A stretch of 64,000 nucleotides of DNA from an uncultured Gammaproteobacteria bacterium. Lineage in GTDB: Bacteria; Pseudomonadota; Gammaproteobacteria; PS1; Pseudothioglobaceae. Under the pieces are notes generated by a model that was given only the letters and a program-made list of their open reading frames with translations, was not told where the DNA came from and made no database searches. Positions 60,435-64,000 of this stretch are shown piece by piece. Both the position numbers and the translations under genes were made by a program. Each line of letters starts with the position of its first letter. The stretch's first letter is position 1. The DNA is taken from positions 1,466 through 65,465 of the forward strand of contig CABXDP010000002.1 of the NCBI GenBank assembly GCA_902511025.1, read 5' to 3'.

Positions 60435-61048
60435 AAAACTTTATAGAAATTAGCGATTCGGAAGAAGAGCAAGTTGATAAATTAAAAAAATGGTGGGATT
60501 CCAACGGCAAACAAATAATTGCAGGTGCGGTTCTTGGACTTGCAGGTATATTTGGATGGAATGCATATGTTGATTACCAAGATAGTCAAGCCTTAAATGC
60601 CAGAGCATTATATTTAAGCTATGCCTCAGATTCTGCGAATCTAGGCGCTTATGACAAATTAATCAAAGATCACCCGTCTAGCTCATATGCGGACCAAGGA
60701 ACTTTAGTAATGGCTAAATATTTGTTTGATGCCGGAAACTATTCACTCGCACTGGATGCTCTTCAGCCTTTAATGAGTCGAGAGAATTCTGTCATCGCAT
60801 CAACTGCAAGCCTCCGAACAGCTTCGCTCTTTTTAGAGCTTGGGCAGCATGAAGAGGCTCTAGCTGTTCTGAATATGGAAAATGCTGACGAGTTTTCAGG
60901 TTTATTTTATAACCTGGCTGGTGATGTTTATTTAGATCTCGGTAACGATGAGCAGGCAAGAAATAGTTACACTCTTGCAATTGAAAACATTACTGATAAT
61001 TCAAGCTTATCACAACTCATTCAGATCAAACTTGACGATCTGAATTAA
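60431..61048 (+). CDS. yfgM: YfgM-family TPR membrane protein
   Basis: EEEQVDKLKKWW.SNG + TM + TPR; lies between hisS and der. Confidence 0.88.
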   Translation: MKNFIEISDSEEEQVDKLKKWWDSNGKQIIAGAVLGLAGIFGWNAYVDYQDSQALNARALYLSYASDSANLGAYDKLIKDHPSSSYADQGTLVMAKYLFDAGNYSLALDALQPLMSRENSVIASTASLRTASLFLELGQHEEALAVLNMENADEFSGLFYNLAGDVYLDLGNDEQARNSYTLAIENITDNSSLSQLIQIKLDDLN

Positions 61049-61067
61049 ATCGTTTAGGTTAACCATT

Positions 61068-62459
61068 GTGAGCTACCCTATCATCTCCTTGGTTGGAAGG
61101 CCTAACGTTGGTAAATCGACTCTGTTTAATCGCCTCAGCAATTCTCGACAAGCGCTGGTTTCGGATTATGAAGGCCTGACGCGTGATCGTCAGTATGCAA
61201 ACATCCAACTTGAGGAGGAGCGTCCCTGCACTATTGTAGATACGGGTGGCCTTACGAATGAAGACTCGGTGATCGATTCAGGTATTCAAAACCAAGTTTT
61301 GAGTGCACTTGACGAATCCGATGTCATTTATTTTATTGTCAGCAACAAAGATGGTGTTACAGCTCTAGACCTAGATATATCTAGTCAGCTGAGAAAACTC
61401 AAAAAAAATATAATCTTGGTTTGTAACAAGGCAGAGGGACTGAATCTGAGCTCAGCATCCGAATTTTATGAACTTGGACTTGGAGAACCCACCCTAATTT
61501 CAGCTGAACACAACCAAGGTATCCAAGATCTAATTGAAAAAACACTTCCCCTAATACCCGAGGCAACTGACTCGGAAGAGCAAGACATTGACGGGATTGC
61601 TGTTGCCGTATTAGGGAGGCCAAATGTAGGCAAATCAACTCTAATCAATCGCATTTTAGGTGAAGAAAGAGTTTTGTCAGTTGACCTTCCTGGAACAACC
61701 CGAGACAGCATATTCATACCTTTTGAGAGAGAAGGAGAGCAATATACATTAATTGATACTGCAGGTATTCGAAGGAAGCGAAGCGTTGATGAAAAAATAG
61801 AAAAATTTAGCATCATTAAAGCAATCAGTGCCTTAGAGGACTCACATGTTGTGATTTTAGTTTTGGATGCTCATGAAGGCGTAACTGAACAAGATGCTAC
61901 TTTACTTGGAATGATCGCTGACAAAGGTCGTGCTTTACTCATAGTGGTCAATAAATGGGATGGATTAGATGAATATCAAAAAAGTGAAGTCAAAAGAAAA
62001 CTGGATGTAAAGCTCTCATTCATCAGTTATGCCTCCATTCACTTCATTTCAGCGCTTCATGGATCAGGTGTTGGAAAATTATTTGAGCCTATCAAAAGGT
62101 CTTATGAGCATGCAGGCAAAAGATACCCAACATCACTTCTAAATAAAATCTTAGAGCAAGCAAGCAACTCTCATCAACCGCCGCCAGTTGCAGGAAGGAG
62201 ACTTCGCCTGAAGTTTGTGAATCAAACTGATGTATTTCCTCCAACACTCATGTTCCATGGAAATCACGTTCAAAATGTGCCTAAGAGCTATGAACGCTTT
62301 TTAATGAATTTCTTTACCACTTCTCTCAAACTTACTAATACTCCCATCAAAATCAACTTCAAGAGCGGTGACAACCCTTTCAAAGATAAAAAAAATGTCC
62401 TCTCTGCGCGCCAAATTCAAAAGAAAAGGCGGCTGATGAAATTTGTAAAAAAGAAGTAG
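61068..62459 (+). CDS. der: Ribosome biogenesis GTPase Der (EngA)
   Basis: Two GRPNVGKST P-loops, DTGG/DTAG, NKWD. Confidence 0.98.
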   Translation: MSYPIISLVGRPNVGKSTLFNRLSNSRQALVSDYEGLTRDRQYANIQLEEERPCTIVDTGGLTNEDSVIDSGIQNQVLSALDESDVIYFIVSNKDGVTALDLDISSQLRKLKKNIILVCNKAEGLNLSSASEFYELGLGEPTLISAEHNQGIQDLIEKTLPLIPEATDSEEQDIDGIAVAVLGRPNVGKSTLINRILGEERVLSVDLPGTTRDSIFIPFEREGEQYTLIDTAGIRRKRSVDEKIEKFSIIKAISALEDSHVVILVLDAHEGVTEQDATLLGMIADKGRALLIVVNKWDGLDEYQKSEVKRKLDVKLSFISYASIHFISALHGSGVGKLFEPIKRSYEHAGKRYPTSLLNKILEQASNSHQPPPVAGRRLRLKFVNQTDVFPPTLMFHGNHVQNVPKSYERFLMNFFTTSLKLTNTPIKINFKSGDNPFKDKKNVLSARQIQKKRRLMKFVKKK

Positions 62460-62473
62460 TTTAGAAAATAAAA

Positions 62474-63712
62474 CTAAAACCTCATTGCTGAGAAATCAGA
62501 TATTGATATTGGAGCTTTAGTCTTTGTCAAAACTGTCTCTACAATTTCAGCTGTAATTGGTGCCAAGGTGAGTCCTATATGGCCATGTCCAAAGGCATAA
62601 ACGATATCGTTTCCTTTGCTTGACTGAGAAATCACCGGCCTACTATCAGGGATTGAAGGTCGGAAGCCGAGCCAAGTCCTGCTTGGGTTGCCAAGTTTTG
62701 GAAAAAAAATTCCAGCGCCCTTCTCTAGGTGTTTAATTCGGTGTTGTGAAATTTTAGGACTCAAGCCGCCAAGTTCAACAGTTCCAACTACTCTTAGCCT
62801 ATCTGTCATTGGAGACATGTAGAAACCTCCTGCAGCATAGCAACATGGTCTATTCAGGAGTGGCTCATCCATATCGTACTCGACATGATATCCTCGCTCT
62901 GCATCCAGTGGAATTTTATCTCCTGCTTGTTGAGCAAATTTTTTAGAGTAGGCCCCTGCTGCAACCACCAACTGTTTAGTCATCATCGTTGATTGATTAT
63001 CAAGATGGACTTTGATTCCGTCACCAGTTCTCTCAATTCTTGATGCAGCTTTATTTATGATCTGACAACCCTTATTTATTGATGCATCTAAAATTAGCTT
63101 GACCATTTTTCCAGGATCACTCATATAGGCTCCATCCGGAAAGTAAAAGGCGGCACCTTGAGATAAATTGAGATTTGGCTCCAGCTTTTTAAGTTCATCA
63201 AGATTTAAAATCTCTGCATTCAAGCCAAGCTCTCTCCTTTTATCCATATCTCTTATTCCATACCCTAAAAGCTCTTCATTAGGGTAAAGATAGATATTGC
63301 CATCTGTTTTTAAGAGAGATTCACCTCCAATTTGAGAGGATAATTCTTCCCATCTAATTCTTGAACCTTGTAATAATGAAATAATCGCTTGAGCATTTCT
63401 TGCAGCGTTCTTGGGCATTGACTGATATAAAAATCTTATAAGCCAAGGACACAAGGATAGAATTGCAGAGCGCTTAATTGCCATAGGACTATTCTTATTG
63501 AACAATAGTGAGGGCAGCTGTCTGATAATGTCTGGGGATCCAACCGGTAAGACAGCATATTCTGCAACTGTACCAGCATTACCAGATGAAGTTCCAGTCC
63601 CAGGCTCCTCGGGGTCAATTAAAACAACCTCTCTTCCTGCATTAAGCAGTCTTAATGCTATAGAGAGGCCTATGACGCCTCCACCCAAAACTGTAATGTC
63701 TGTTCTTTTCAA
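62474..63712 (-). CDS. FAD-dependent oxidoreductase, D-amino acid dehydrogenase (DadA/DAO) family
   Basis: GGGVIG, TSSGNAG, ERGYH, WLGFRPSIPDS.P, FGHGHIGLT. Confidence 0.88.
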   Translation of the reverse strand: MKRTDITVLGGGVIGLSIALRLLNAGREVVLIDPEEPGTGTSSGNAGTVAEYAVLPVGSPDIIRQLPSLLFNKNSPMAIKRSAILSLCPWLIRFLYQSMPKNAARNAQAIISLLQGSRIRWEELSSQIGGESLLKTDGNIYLYPNEELLGYGIRDMDKRRELGLNAEILNLDELKKLEPNLNLSQGAAFYFPDGAYMSDPGKMVKLILDASINKGCQIINKAASRIERTGDGIKVHLDNQSTMMTKQLVVAAGAYSKKFAQQAGDKIPLDAERGYHVEYDMDEPLLNRPCCYAAGGFYMSPMTDRLRVVGTVELGGLSPKISQHRIKHLEKGAGIFFPKLGNPSRTWLGFRPSIPDSRPVISQSSKGNDIVYAFGHGHIGLTLAPITAEIVETVLTKTKAPISISDFSAMRF

Positions 63713-63751
63713 AGATATAATTCAGATTAATAAATCAAGAGAATTATTACC

Positions 63752-64000
63752 CTAAGAAAGTATTAAATTATGTGCTTCCTTAGCAGCAGTTATAAAACTC
63801 TCAAAGAGTGGGTGCCCATCCCTAGGTGTCGAGGTAAACTCTGGATGGAACTGACAGGCTACAAACCAAGGATGGTCAGTTATTTCAACCATTTCAACGA
63901 GAGAGCCATCATTAGATTTTCCAGACACGGTGAGTCCAGCACTTTCAATTTGTGATATCAGTTTGCTGTTTACTTCATATCTGTGCCTGTGTCTTTCTGT
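63752..64000 (-). CDS. pyrG: CTP synthase, 3' end (truncated by the window edge)
   Basis: Minus-strand frame reads [35 protein letters not shown]. Confidence 0.97.
   Translation of the reverse strand, partial: TERHRHRYEVNSKLISQIESAGLTVSGKSNDGSLVEMVEITDHPWFVACQFHPEFTSTPRDGHPLFESFITAAKEAHNLILS

Noticed and set aside
63770-63955. Plus-strand 61-aa ORF
   Set aside because: Antisense shadow of the pyrG 3' end.

Overview
This is an AT-rich, gene-dense chromosomal segment of a streamlined marine gammaproteobacterium. Gene content and order suggest the SUP05/Arctic96BD-19 (Ca. Pseudothioglobus/Thioglobaceae) group; this is inferred, not verified. The left end (0-17 kb) is a methylated-amine module: tdm, a gmaS-mgsABC operon with a 128-aa unknown gene, an XRE-cupin regulator, bmt, and an atypical Amt transporter with an unannotated 59-aa membrane-protein partner. 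It is interrupted by sucAB and a PhyH dioxygenase. From 16.7 to 26.3 kb lies an accessory stretch on the 3' side of tRNA-Pro(GGG), ending in a 650-bp ferritin-like cassette bracketed by the tRNA and a decayed full-length copy of it. The rest is mostly housekeeping: thrS-infC-rpmI-rplT-pheST-ihfA (pheT broken by a 1-nt homopolymer insertion), a DUF1800/DUF1501 pair, recJ, lspA, fabI, ppiD, doeB-ltaE, tRNA-Asp/Val, hupB, ccmCDEG, rpsF-rpsR-rplI, dnaB, hisS-yfgM-der and the 3' end of pyrG. No CRISPR array, integrase, transposase or rRNA was seen. The best candidates for undescribed biology are: (1) an Amt with a rewritten substrate site plus a small membrane partner, sharing a tandem operator with the XRE regulator of the methylamine cluster; (2) a 2-oxoglutarate dehydrogenase whose E2 lacks the E3-binding domain and whose E1 lacks its N-terminal segment; (3) a divergent GmaS/Mgs operon with an extra gene; (4) the tRNA-bracketed ferritin cassette.
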